Positions 51,901 to 63,349 of a stretch of DNA of 64,000 nt are shown here, in pieces. Each line of letters begins with the position of its first letter. The stretch's first letter is position 1. Where the stretch lies: the NCBI RefSeq assembly GCF_004010195.1, contig NC_057720.1, positions 91,736,222-91,800,221 on the forward strand, given 5' to 3'. The translations under genes were made by a program, and so were the position numbers. Source of the DNA: Chiloscyllium plagiosum (taxonomy: Eukaryota). A model generated the notes under the pieces. The model saw only the letters and a list, made by a program, of their open reading frames with translations, had not been told where the DNA came from and searched no databases.

Positions 51901-53170
51901 GGTAAAGGGTTGATTTTCAGATTGGAGATCTGTTAATATCTGTGTGCCGCAAGGAGTGGTGCTGGATTCACTGCTTTTGGTCATTTAAATAAATTATTTC
52001 ACTGTGAATATAGGAGTTAACATAAGTTTGTAAATGACACCAAAACTGGTGGGACAGTGGATAGTGAAGAAGATGATCTCAGGGTACAGCGGGACCTTGA
52101 TCAGATGGGGCAATGGGCAGAGGTGTGGCAAATGGAGTTCAGTTTAGATAAATGTGAGATGTTGCATTTTGGAAAGGCAAACCAGGGCAGTTAATGGTAG
52201 GGCCCTGTGAAATGTTGCTGAACAAAGAGACCTCGGGGTGAAGGTGAAGGTGAAGGTGAAGGTGAAGGTGAAGGTGAAGGTGAAGGTGAAGGTGAAGGTG
52301 AGGGTGAGGGTAATGTGCATTATTCCTTAAAACTGGATCACAGGGAGACAGGGTGTTGAAGAAAGTGTTGGGTACATTTGCCTTTATTGGTCACTGTATT
52401 GAGTACAGGAGTTGGGACATCATGTTGCAGGTGTACAGGAGATTGGTGAGGCCACTTTGGGAATAATGTGAACAATTCTGATCATCCTGTGATAGGAAGG
52501 ATGTTGTGAAACTTTAAAAAGATGCAGAAAAAGATTTACAAAGATTTTGCTAGGAATTGGAGGGTTTGAACGATAGGGAGAAGATGAATAAACTGGGGCA
52601 ATTTTCCCTGCAGCATCGCAGGCTGGGAAATTTATAAAATCATGAGGGACATAGATAATGTGACTAATTCAGGAAGCATGTGAATGTTTTGTAGAGATGA
52701 CAAATTATATTCCCAAAGGTTATTCCAGGGATGAGGAACGCCAGTTATGAAGATCTACTGGAGGATTTGGGACTGTCTTCTTTGGAGAAGGCTGAAAGGA
52801 GATTTATTCGAGGAACGCAAAATCAGAAGGGGCTTGGACAGAGTAAATAGGGAGAAAATGTTCCCAATTGAGAAAGGATTGTGACCGAGAGACCACAGAT
52901 TGAAAGTAATTGGGAAAAGTAACAAAATGAGATGAGGAACAACATTTACAGCCAGTGAGTGGTTAAGGTGTGGAATGCACTGCCTGAGAGTGTGGTGGAG
53001 GCAGCTTCAATTGAAACATTCCGAAGGGAATGAGACTGTTATTTGACAAGGAACAATGTGCAGGGTGACAGGGAGAAGGCAGGAGAATGACACTCATTGA
53101 ATTGCTCATTCAGAGAGCTAGTACAGACAAGATGGGCATAATGGCCTCCTTGTGCACTGTAACAATTCTG
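45950..53170 (+). mobile_element. Nested CR1-type LINE fragments in the cluster 3 J-C intron
   Basis: ORFs 46111-46695, 48609-48947, 50306-50680 and 51598-51879 carry CR1 RT, C-terminal or ORF1 motifs. Confidence 0.85.
52236..52290 (+). repeat. (GGTGAA)n microsatellite
   Basis: Read directly. The paralogous site at about 28635-28712 carries (CCCTCAT/C)n instead. Confidence 0.9.
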
Positions 53171-53228
53171 TGATTGTGTGATTGAGCAGAGTTAAAGCTG
53201 GGGGAGGTGGGAGCTCGGTGTCTCACTG

Positions 53229-53263
<35 letters not shown>

Positions 53264-53637
53264 AGGTCAGTGAGATCAGAGACTGGGACAGGGAGCCAGA
53301 GCTCACATCAAACTCTGCCCCGTGTCCGTCACACTGAGACTTTCAGGAGGCTACTCACTGATTTCACTCCATGCTGCAGGAATGGGACCACAGGCTGCAA
53401 ATGGCCAGAGCTCCTCCACACAGTGAGTAAAACGTGCTGACTTATATCTTGCTGTTTCAAGGGGGCAATGGAAGGAAAGAAATACAGCTGGACACCCTGT
53501 TAGACCCAGTGCTCCTCAATCAACCATTTCATTCACTGCAACTTCTCACTAACACCTTCAACAATTCAGCATTTGTGTTTTAGAAATTGTGTTTCAGTAT
53601 TGACAGGATAAATAACGGAGGATAGAGATTTACTTAC

Positions 53638-53672
53638 TCAGTCTGAGCTTGGTTCCTTTACCGAATGTGTCC
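53638..53672 (-). CDS. IGKJ: Cluster 3 J segment (DTFGKGTKLRL-S)
   Basis: FGXG motif and donor GTAAGT at 53637-53632. Confidence 0.95.
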
Positions 53673-53711
53673 CACAGTGAGAACTCCCAGTGCAGTGGCT
53701 GTACAAAAACC
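53673..53711 (+). other. 23-bp-spacer RSS of J3
   Basis: CACAGTG, 23 nt, ACAAAAACC; both elements are consensus. Confidence 0.96.
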
Positions 53712-54126
53712 TCTACTCTCTGCTTCCCTCTGTCACTCTCACTCTCTCCCTGCCCCTCTCTGTCTCTCCCTCATTCATGTCTGTCTTCCTCTCTGTTTCT
53801 CTCATTCTGTTTCTCTCTCTGAGATGTGTCCAGCTGGGCTCGGGAGGTTTGTTAAATTTATTTTTTGATATTAAATCTTGCAGCCATTCTTCACACGTGG
53901 CCATGGAGTGTTAGAGGGAAACTTGAGGCCTTCAGTGAGCAGTGGACACCACAGGGACTGGAGTGTGTCGTGGACAGTGACAATCCCAGCATGGGGTAAT
54001 TTGCTCAGTTTCATTTATATATTACTGTGTTTGTATCAGTGACAGAGGAAGGACTGTGTGTCTATTATTATGTATAACATATAATTGTGAATGTGTCAGT
54101 ACAGGAGGTGGTGCTGTGTGCATTGA

Positions 54127-54154
54127 GGTTTTTGTATGGCTCTGTATCACCGTG
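54127..54154 (-). other. 12-bp-spacer RSS of V3
   Basis: The minus strand reads CACGGTG, 12 nt, ACAAAAACC. Confidence 0.96.
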
Positions 54155-54392
54155 AAGGCCAGCTGTAAACTTCTGACAGTAATAGTCAGCGACATCCTCA
54201 TTGCTGATTGTCAGGGTGAAACTGGTCCCTGATCCACTGCCGGTGAATCGATCGGAGACTCCTGAGAATCGAGTTGCTGCAGCATAGATCAGGGGAGAGG
54301 GTTGCTAATACTTTGACTGGCCGTACAGGTGATGGTTGCGATCTGGCCCAGTCCCACTGACAGCACCGGGGGAGACTGGGTCATGATGATAC
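54155..54392 (-). pseudogene. IGKV: Cluster 3 V segment, pseudogene with three internal deletions
   Basis: [30 protein letters not shown], then an FR2 deletion near 54301 and a stop at 54291-54289. The other frame reads [44 protein letters not shown]. It also lacks SGDI at the signal cleavage site. Confidence 0.93.
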
Positions 54393-54578
54393 CTGAGGGG
54401 TCAGAGAGAAACACAGTGAAGTCAGAACTGTCACAGAAAGAGCCGGTCAAATGAGAGATTGTTGGAGACACTGAGCATTCCTCTGGTTTCAGCATTTTCC
54501 CTTCAATCACAAGTCAGTGGAATTGGAGTGAAATGGAGAGCAGCTAAAGATTCAAGGTGGAAGGAGAGAGATTTGTAC

Positions 54579-54627
54579 CTGCGACACAGAATGCCAGGGG
54601 CCAGATCAGCTGGATGTGTGAAATCAT
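54579..54627 (-). pseudogene. IGKV: Cluster 3 leader exon (MISHIQLIWPLAFCVA-G), promoter core deleted
   Basis: 49-nt exon with donor at 54578-54577. Confidence 0.92.
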
Positions 54628-55609
54628 GGTGTGTGCTCCTGTCCCTGTGCCCCCCTCATTCTCTCTCTGTCTGTCTCAGAGAGTCATTGATGTGAACAGC
54701 ACTGAATGAGGCCATTTGGCCCATTGTGTCTGTGCTGGTAAACAGCGATCTGATGACACTAATCCATCCTCCAGCTCTTGGCCCATTACCCTGGAGGTTA
54801 CAGCAACACAAGGGACTATCTAAACACTGCTCCAATGTCACGAGAGTTTATGACTCAACCAGCCTTTCAGGCAGTGAGTTCCCGACTCTCACCACCCTCT
54901 GGGTGAAAACATTTCTCCTCAACTCTCCTCTCACTCTCCAATTCGACTGGGCCTGGACTCAGTTGAGTTGAGAAGGATAAGAGGGAAGCTGATTGAAATG
55001 TATAAAATTCTAACAGGGCTGGGCAGGGAGGAGGTTTCCCCTGGTTGGGGAGTCTGGAACCAAGGGACCCAGTCTCAGGGGGATACAGGGTAGACCATTT
55101 CGGGCTGAGACGAGGAAACGTTTCTTCACCCAAAGGGTAGGACAGCTGTGGAATCCAAGGAACTGAATAAATTCAAGAAAAAGAGAGAGATAATTGTTTT
55201 GAATTTTAACAGCATGAAGGGAATGGGGAGAAAGCAGGAATATGGTTTTGAGACGGAGGGTCAGCCATGATCATACTGAATGACAGAGCAGACTCAAAGG
55301 GCCGAATGGCCTACTCCAGCTCCGAGTTTCCGTGTGTCCATGTCTGTGTTACCTTCAATCTCTGTCCCTGGTTATTGAGTCCTCTACTGACGTATAAAGT
55401 GCCTTCCTGCCCACCCTATCACTGCCCTGAATAATCCTATAGCCCTCTATCAGGTCCCCTCTCAGCCTTCACTGCTCCAAGGAAACAATCCCAACCTTTC
55501 CAAGATTTCCTCACAGCTGACCCTCCGGCCCCGGCGGCATCCTGGGAAATCTCTGCTCCCTCTCAAGTACAATCACATCCTTCCCAGAATGTGGTGACCA
55601 GGACCTGTC

Positions 55610-56030
55610 CACCTCTCTCTCTCTGTTTCACATCTGCTCTACCCCTCTCTCTACCCCCCTCTCTCCCACTGTTAATCTCTTTCATGTTCTCTCTCTCTCA
55701 CTCTGTCTCATAGCCACTCTCCCCAACTCACTCACACTTTCTCACTCCATCTCATAAACTCTATTTCTCCATCTCTCACTGTCTCCATCACTCACTCCCT
55801 CTCTCGCTTCAATTTAAAGCCTCTCCTCTCTATACCTCCCTCTGTCTCTCTCCCTCCCTCTCTGTATTCCCAATCTACAGTCGCATTCCCTCCCTCTCTG
55901 TCATTCTGTCTCTAATCATACTCATGTCTCTCACTTTCTCTCTCTCTCACACACATACGCACACACGCACACACACACGTACAGACACTCGCCCTCTGTC
56001 TCTTTCTCACTTCTGTCTCTTTCTCACAGT
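55610..56030. repeat. CT/CA-rich low-complexity tract
   Basis: Read directly. The inverted counterpart is the GA-rich tract at 25051-25200. Confidence 0.85.
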
Positions 56031-56819
56031 GTGAATGCAGGATAAATCTCCCTCTGCTCTGCTCCACTCATGGATGTTAACCCCTGACCCCAGAGGCATG
56101 TTCTCTCCTGGAGTAAGGCCCCATTTTCCACATTGACCAGGGTTTGGCCTCTCTCAGAAAGATGGACAGATTCTTGTTAAATGAAGGGCAGTTCTGTGCT
56201 GTTGGCCTATTCTCACTGGGGACTGGTTTGGACACAAACCTCATTCCATGAAGGCCCAGCAGAGAGAGGAGATCCTCAGGCCATCAGTGTGAGCTGGAGG
56301 GACAGGACAGGCTCTGACCCACTGACCCAGCCTGTCCATTCACAACATGTTCCAATCCCTTCCCCTCTCCTTCCCCTTCCATGGTCAGGTTCTGGATCAG
56401 GGTGTTTTACTGGAATGAGGATGGACCATCACACAGTTAAAACAGAAAGGAACTGAACCCCACACCCACCATTGGTGTCCATGTCCCACTGTGACCCTCC
56501 AATGGAGACCAGTAAACATGGAATTCATTCCCACTGGACCATCGATCAATCGCCTCTTTGCCATTGAACCCTCCCATGGAGACCAGTAAATATGGGCCTT
56601 CTTCCCACTGAATACTCCAGCAGAGACTNNNNNNNNNNNNNNNNNNNNNNNNNNNNNNNNNNNNNNNNNNNNNNNNNNNNNNNNNNNNNNNNNNNNNNNN
56701 NNNNNNNNNNNNNNNNNNNNNNNNNNNNNTTGAATCTGTTGATTGATTCTGCCTTCACTGCACTCTGGGGCAGTGGCTTCCACAGATTCTCAACTCTCTG
56801 AGAGAAATAGTAAGAATGG

Positions 56820-57170
56820 AATTGAATCCCTACAGTATGGAAACAGGCCATTCAGCCCAACAAGTCCACATTGACCCTTCAAAGAGCATTCGACCTAGAC
56901 CCATCCCACTACACTTTCCCTGTATCCCTACATTACCCATGACTAATGAACCTAACCTACATTTTCCTGGACACTATAGGAGGATTAGCCATGCTAATTT
57001 ACCAATTGTGTGCACCATTAGATTGTGGGAGAAAAGCAGAGCACTCAGATGAAACCCACACCGACAGGGGGAGAATGCGCAAACTCCATACAGTTGCCTG
57101 AGGGTGGTATCGAACCCAGGTCCCTGGCACTGTGAGTTAGCAGTACTCACCACTGTGCCACCATGCCACC
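56820..57170 (-). mobile_element. HE1/V-SINE-like SINE, older copy
   Basis: Reverse complement of the SINE head and body. Confidence 0.8.
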
Positions 57171-57639
57171 TATAGTTTCTCCTCATCCAAGTTTTGTTCT
57201 CTCCTTGTCCCCTCAATCTCTCATTGCCTCACTCTGTTTTTGTCTCTGTCCCTCCTCCAGTCACTCTCTAACTGATCTCTATAGCAGGCGTTATTCCAGG
57301 ACACTGGAACATTGGGTCCTGGGGCAGCAGTTAAATGCCTCATCCTTTGCCACTCAATCTTACAATGTGCACTTGCTCTCTCTCTCGCTCTCTCTCTCTC
57401 TATCTCTCTCTCTCTCTCTCACTATCTCTCTCCCTCTCTCTCTCTTTCTTTCTGTCTCTCGGTCTCCTGTCTCTCTCTTTCTCTCCATCAGAAGCTTAAT
57501 GCCCTGAACAGCATTTAACACGTGTGTACTCAGGACATCAATGATCTGACAACACTAATCCCAGCTTGGCAGTGAGGGAGAGGGTCAGCTATGATCATAC
57601 TGAATGGCAGAGCAGCCTCACAGGGTCAAGCACAAACCG

Positions 57640-57785
57640 AACCATAACCCTAACTGCAACCCTTATCCTAACCCTAACCGTAACCCTAACCCCAACCCTT
57701 CCCTTAACCCTAACCCTAACGTGAACTCTAGCCCTATCCCTAACCCTAACCCTAACCCTTATCCTAACCCTAACCCTAACCCTAA
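57640..57785 (+). repeat. Degenerate (CCCTAA)n interstitial telomere-like repeat
   Basis: Runs of CCCTAA with variant units, which give the poly-NP ORF. Confidence 0.85.
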
Positions 57786-58300
57786 AACTACTCCGACTCC
57801 CTGTTTCTACCTTTGTATGTCAGTTATCTTCAATCTCTGCCCCTGGATATTGATTCCTCTGCTCATGGAAAAATTGACTTCCTGTCCACTCTATCTCTGC
57901 CCCACATAATCTTATAGCCCTTTATCAGGTCCCCTCTCAACCTTCACTGCTCCAAGAGAAACAATCCCAGCCTTTCCAATCCTTCCTCATAGCTCAGACC
58001 CTCCAGGCCAGGCAGCATCTTGGGAAATCTNNNNNNNNNNNNNNNNNNNNNNNNNNNNNNNNNNNNNNNNNNNNNNNNNNNNNNNNNNNNNNNNNNNNNN
58101 NNNNNNNNNNNNNNNNNNNNNNNNNNNNNNNNNNNNNNNNNNNNNNNNNNNNNNNNNNNNNNNNNNNNNNNNNNNNNNNNNNNNNNNNNNNNNNNNNNNN
58201 NNNNNNNNNNNNNNNNNNNNNNNNNNNNNNNNNNNNNNNNNNNNNNNNNNNNNNNNNNNNNNNNNNNNNNNNNNNNNNNNNNNNNNNNNNNNNNNNNNNN

Positions 58301-58565
58301 CCGACTCAGGCGACTGACTGTGTGGAGTTTGCACGTTCTCCCCGTGTCTGCGTGGGTTTCCTCCGGGGGCTCCGGTTTCCTCCCACAGTCCAAAGATGTG
58401 CAAGTCAGGTGAATTGGCCATGCTAAATTGCCCGTAGTGTTAGGTAAAGGGGTAAATGTAGGGGTATGGGTGGTTTACGCTTCGGCTGGTCGGTGTGGAC
58501 TTGTTGGGCCGAAGGGCCTGTTTCCACACTGTAAGTAATCTAATCTAATCTAATCTAATCTAATC
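58301..58565 (+). mobile_element. Young HE1/V-SINE-like SINE, 5' end in the gap
   Basis: Nearly identical to 61488-61805, with a (TAATC)n tail. Confidence 0.88.
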
Positions 58566-59099
58566 CCAGCCTTTCCAATCCTTCCTCATAGCTCAGACCC
58601 TCCAGGCCAGGCAGCATCCCGGGAAATCTGCTCTGAATCCTCTCGAGTACAGTCATATCCCTCTCATAATGTGGTGACCAGAACCTGTCTGTCTGTCTGT
58701 CTCTCTCACTAGATTCCCTCTTTCCCAGAATGTCCCAGGTGACAACAGATAAATACAGGGTAAATCTCCTTCTGCTCTGCCCCACTAATGGATGATAACT
58801 CGACCCCAGAAACATATCTTCTTCTGGATTAAGGCCCCATTTCTCACATTGACCAGGGTTTGGTGTCTCTCAGGAAGATGGACAGATTCTTGTTAAATGA
58901 AGGGCAGTTCTGTGCTGTTGGCCTATTCTCACTGGGGACTGGTTTGGACAGTAGAGATCCAGTAGAGATCAGTAAACATGGACCTCCTTCCTCCTGGATC
59001 CTCCAATACAGACCAGTAAACATGGACCTCCTTCTGACTGGATCCTTCAAGAGAGTAAATATGGGCCTCCTATTCACTGGAACTTCCAATGCAGATACG

Positions 59100-60320
59100 T
59101 AGATGGTTGAGGTTTTGAAGAAGTAAGCAAGAAGATAGGTAAAGGTAGAGTAGTACACTCTGGCTACATGGAGTTAAGCAAGGCCTGATACAAGGTTCCC
59201 CCTAGTAGTCTGCTTAATAAGATTAGCTCACATAGGATCCAGGCAGAGCTCGCCAATTGGATATAAAATTGGCCTGATGATGGGAGGCAGAGGCTGGTGA
59301 GAGAGGGTTGGCCGTCTGCCACAAGAATCGATCCTGGATCCACTGTTGCTCATCATTTATATGAACAATTTGGATGAGAAAATAGCAGGAACGGTCAGTA
59401 AGTTTGTGGCTGACATTAAAATTGTTGGCATCGTGGACAGGGAAGAAGGTTATCCAAGAGTGCAATGTCATCTTGGTCAACTGGGCCAGTGGGTCAACAA
59501 ATCCAGATGGAGCTTAATTTCGATAAATGGTAGGAGTTGTGTTTTGTAAGACAAACCAGGGCAGGAATTACACAATTAATGGTAGAGCCATGGGGAGTGT
59601 TGTTGAACAGAAAGACCGAGGGGTACAGGTACATAGTTCCTTGGAAGTAGCGTCCCAAGTAGACAGGGTGGTGAAGAAGGTATTTGGCATGCTTACCTTC
59701 ACTGGTCAAAGCAGGGAGTTCAGGAGCTGGGACATCATGTTACAGCTGTACAAGGCATTGGGAAGGCCATATTTAGACTCTGTGCGCATTCCTGCTCACC
59801 CTGCTATAGGAAGGAAGTTATTACACTGGTTTGAATAAAAGAAAGATTAACAGGGATGTTATCAAGATTGGAGGGTTTGAATTACAAGATGAGGATGGAT
59901 AGGCCGAGATGTTTTTCCAGGGAATGCAGAAGATTGAGGGGTGATCTTATAAAGGTTTATATAATCATGAGGGTCATAGATAAGGTGAATAGACAAAGTG
60001 TTTTCCCCAGCGTAGGAGAGTCCAGTCCTAGAAGGAGTAGGTTTAAGTTGAGAGGGGAAAGAATTAGAAGGGACCTGAGAGGCAACCTTTTCACACAGAG
60101 GTTGGTGTGTATGTGCAATGAGCTGCCAGAGGAAGTGGTAGAGGGGAGTACAATTACTACATTTCAAGGACATTTTTACAGGAACATGGATAGGAAGCAT
60201 TTAGAGGGGATTGGGCCAAACACAGGCAAATGGGACTAGTTCAGTTTTGGAAACTTGGTCAGTATGGATGAGTAGAGCTGAAGGGCCTGCTGCCATGCTG
60301 TAAACCTCTATGACTCTATG
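59100..60320 (+). mobile_element. CR1-type LINE 3' fragment
   Basis: IYMNNLDE...SKFVADIK and CR1 C-terminal motifs. Confidence 0.82.
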
Positions 60321-61487
60321 ATGATGTCTACATGGGCCATCTTCCCATAGGACCAGTAAACATGGACCTCTTTCCACTGGAACCTCCAAAAGACACCAAT
60401 AAACATGGCCCCTCCATCCCTCAGGACTGTCCAGCACCTGAGCTGCAAACCCCACACCCTCTCCATCAGGCATGCCTCTTATTTCAATCTCAACAACATT
60501 GTTCATCTCTGCACTGCCTCAGCCCCTTGACCACAGAAACCCTAATTACTGCTTGTCCTGCCTCCTAACTCTATGATTCCAATGTCCTCTCCCAGCTTCT
60601 TAAATCCATATTCCATAAACTCCAACTTGTCTGATATGGAATGGGCCCTTGCCTGTCTTACCCATCTGTCATTCCAAAATGACCCCTGACCTCACTGCCA
60701 GCCAATTTCATCCATGGCCTCCCTCCTCCCTCTCTCTGTGTCCTGCTGCAGACTTACATTCCCTCCCTCCCCTTCCATCTTCTGTCTCTGGTCTCCAATC
60801 CATTGTTGCTTCCTTCATCCCACCATTAACAGCAGAGCCTTCAGACCCCTACAGCGTGCTCTCTGACCTCTTGCCCTTCATCCCTTCCCCACTCGATGGT
60901 TGTGCTATTAAATATACTGTTCAGTGCCATTACTTTTGGTTCACTGTTCCATTGCCATTGATTTGCTGACTTATTCCTCATCAGTAAATCCAGTCTGGCC
61001 TGTTCCCTGAGTTGGTTCAAATTTACTCTTCTGTAAACTGGGTTGTCTGTTTCCCCCCGTCTTTGTGTAAAGGTGAGACTAAGTGTGTGTAAGCTCTTAT
61101 ACAGCACAGACAGAGGTCACTGGGCCGATTGTGACTGTTGGTTAAATGAGTCCAATGAGTCCCATTTACCCAGCCCTTCCTGTATAACCCTGCAATTGTT
61201 TCCTTCCTATTTCCAGCACAGGGGGAGAACATTCAGCCTGTCAGGTAAATGCTGTCATTTCATGGAGCAATCCAGTCAGTCCCACCCCCTCCCCTACTCG
61301 ACCACAAGAGCCTTGCAGGTTTATTTCCATCAAGAGCCCATCCAATCTGCCATTGCAATAACTGAGTTTCTTCACCTGCCTCACCTGAATGGGCACTGAT
61401 TTCCAAATCATTACCAATTGCTGCGAAAAAAAAGCTCTTCCTGACATCCCGTATCCCTTGCCCAACAGGCCAGACTAGATTTACTGA

Positions 61488-61805
61488 TGGGCGGCACGGT
61501 GGCACAGTGGTTAGCACTGCTGCCTCACAGCGCCAGAGACCCGGGTTCAGTTCCCGCCTCAGGCGACTGACTGTGTGGAGTTTGCACGTTCTCTCCGTGT
61601 CTGCGTGGGTTTCCTCCGGGTGCTCCGGTTTCCTCCCACAGTCCAAAGATGTGCAGGGTCAGGTGAATTGGCCATACTAAATTGCCCGTAGTGTTAGGTA
61701 AGGGGTAAATTTAGGGGGGTATGGGTGGGTTGCGCTTCGGCGGGTCGGTGTGGACTTGTTGGGCCGAAGGGCCTGTTTCCACACTGTAATCTAATCTAAA
61801 TCTAA
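61488..61805 (+). mobile_element. Full-length young HE1/V-SINE-like SINE
   Basis: GGGCGGCACGGTGGCACAGTGGTTAGC head, B-box-like GGTTCAGTTCC, retained CpGs and TAATCTAATCTAAA tail. Confidence 0.9.
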
Positions 61806-62494
61806 AATGTAAGGTATTCTCAATGTGAAGACGGGATTTTGTCTCCATATGGGCTGTGCGGTGGTCACTCTTACTGATACTGTCATGGACAGATACACCA
61901 GCAGCAGGCAAATTGGTGAGGATGATAGTGAGTACATTTTTCCCTCTAGTTAGTTCCCTCACCACCCGTCACAGGTCCAGTCTAGCAGCTGAATCAGGTG
62001 GAACTTGACCACCTTGCTCAGTAGTGATGCTTCTGAGCAGCTCTTGATGGTGGACTTTGAAGTCCCTTACTCAGGGTATATCCTAGATCCTTCCCACCCT
62101 CAGTGCTCCCTCCAAGTGTTGTTAAACATAGAGGAGGACTGACTGCTCAGTTGAGATTGGAGGGGAGGGCGGTGCTATGTGGTAATCAGCAGGAGGTTTC
62201 CTTCCCCATGTTTGACCTGCTGTCATGAGGTTTCCATAGTTAATGGTGAGGACTCCCAGGGCAACTCCCTTCTGACTGTACACACCACTGTGTTGCCTCT
62301 CCTGCTTGGTCTATATTGTCATTTAAAACTGAATGAGGGAACAATTCTGTGCAGGTTTCACAGCTTGAATCAGAGCTGCTGCTGGATTCTGTTTCTGATC
62401 TCCATGTGCAGGCGTGTGTGTTTGTGAGAGAGTGACTGACACTTTTTCCATTACTGTGCTGTTTCTGCAAAACAAATCCCAGAACCAGCCTCCT

Positions 62495-62760
62495 GTGCCA
62501 TCAGATTCCAGGGAGTGCAGACGGTTCACAGTTTTCTCCCGTCTCAATAACAAACGTCCAGCTGCTCTGAGCTCCTTCTTTCACTTCCTCTCTTGGTGAA
62601 GTTTCAACCTTGCAATCTGACAGTCTTTGCAGTTATTTTTTACACTGGGGCTTTCTGCTGTGGTCAGAATCTCTAATAATAAGTGTCCAATCAGTGACAA
62701 TCACAGCAGCTAAGAGCAGTCAGGACTGAGGAGCCAGGCTCACTGGGAAACACATTGGGA
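62495..62760. promoter_or_regulatory. Candidate distal B-cell enhancer upstream of cluster 3 (inverted paralog of 20500-20765)
   Basis: CAGCTG 62559-62564, TTTCACTTCC (EICE) 62579-62588, TGTGGT 62659-62664 and CCAAT near 62687. Confidence 0.5.
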
Positions 62761-63349
62761 AGATCAAAGCCATCCTCTTCAGCTCCCAGTACAAACTCCA
62801 TCCCTCTCCCTGAGCACTGTCTGCTGCTCAACCTTGGTCTCTTCTTTGAGGCTGATCTGAGCCCCATTTCCTCCACATCACAAAGATCAGCCACTGAAAA
62901 TCCCAGCCATGTCTGTGGGACTCCAAACATGACAATTCCAATGTTGTACTCACACACATCACAGCCACTGTCCTCCGTAACCTTCAACTCATCCCAAATT
63001 CTGCTGCCCATATCGAAACTTGCACCAAGTCCCATTCCCCCAATCCCCTGCACCTTGTGTCTACATTGGCTCATGGACCAGCAATACCTCGATTTTCAAA
63101 TTCTCATCCTTGTTCACAAATCCCTCCCTGTCCTCCACCCTCCCTATCTCTGTAACCTCCTCCAAGCTGCCTCACTCAGTGTGATCAACAATCTTCCTTC
63201 ATTCAAGTCATTGAGGAATATCGTGAAATGTTGAGGTTCCAGCACAGATCCCTGGGGACACCACTATTCACTACTTGTTCATTGGAGGACACACATATTA
63301 TCCCTCCTCTCTGTCTTCGCTATCCAAACTAATTCCTAACCAAAGACAA

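Noticed and set aside
57604-57909. Poly-(NP) protein ORF
   Set aside because: It is the translation of the (CCCTAA)n repeat.
2120-58421. Long ORFs composed mostly of X
   Set aside because: Artefacts of translating N gaps.
61488-61560. tRNA-like sequence
   Set aside because: It is the tRNA-derived head of a SINE, continuous with the SINE body, and I see no complete cloverleaf.
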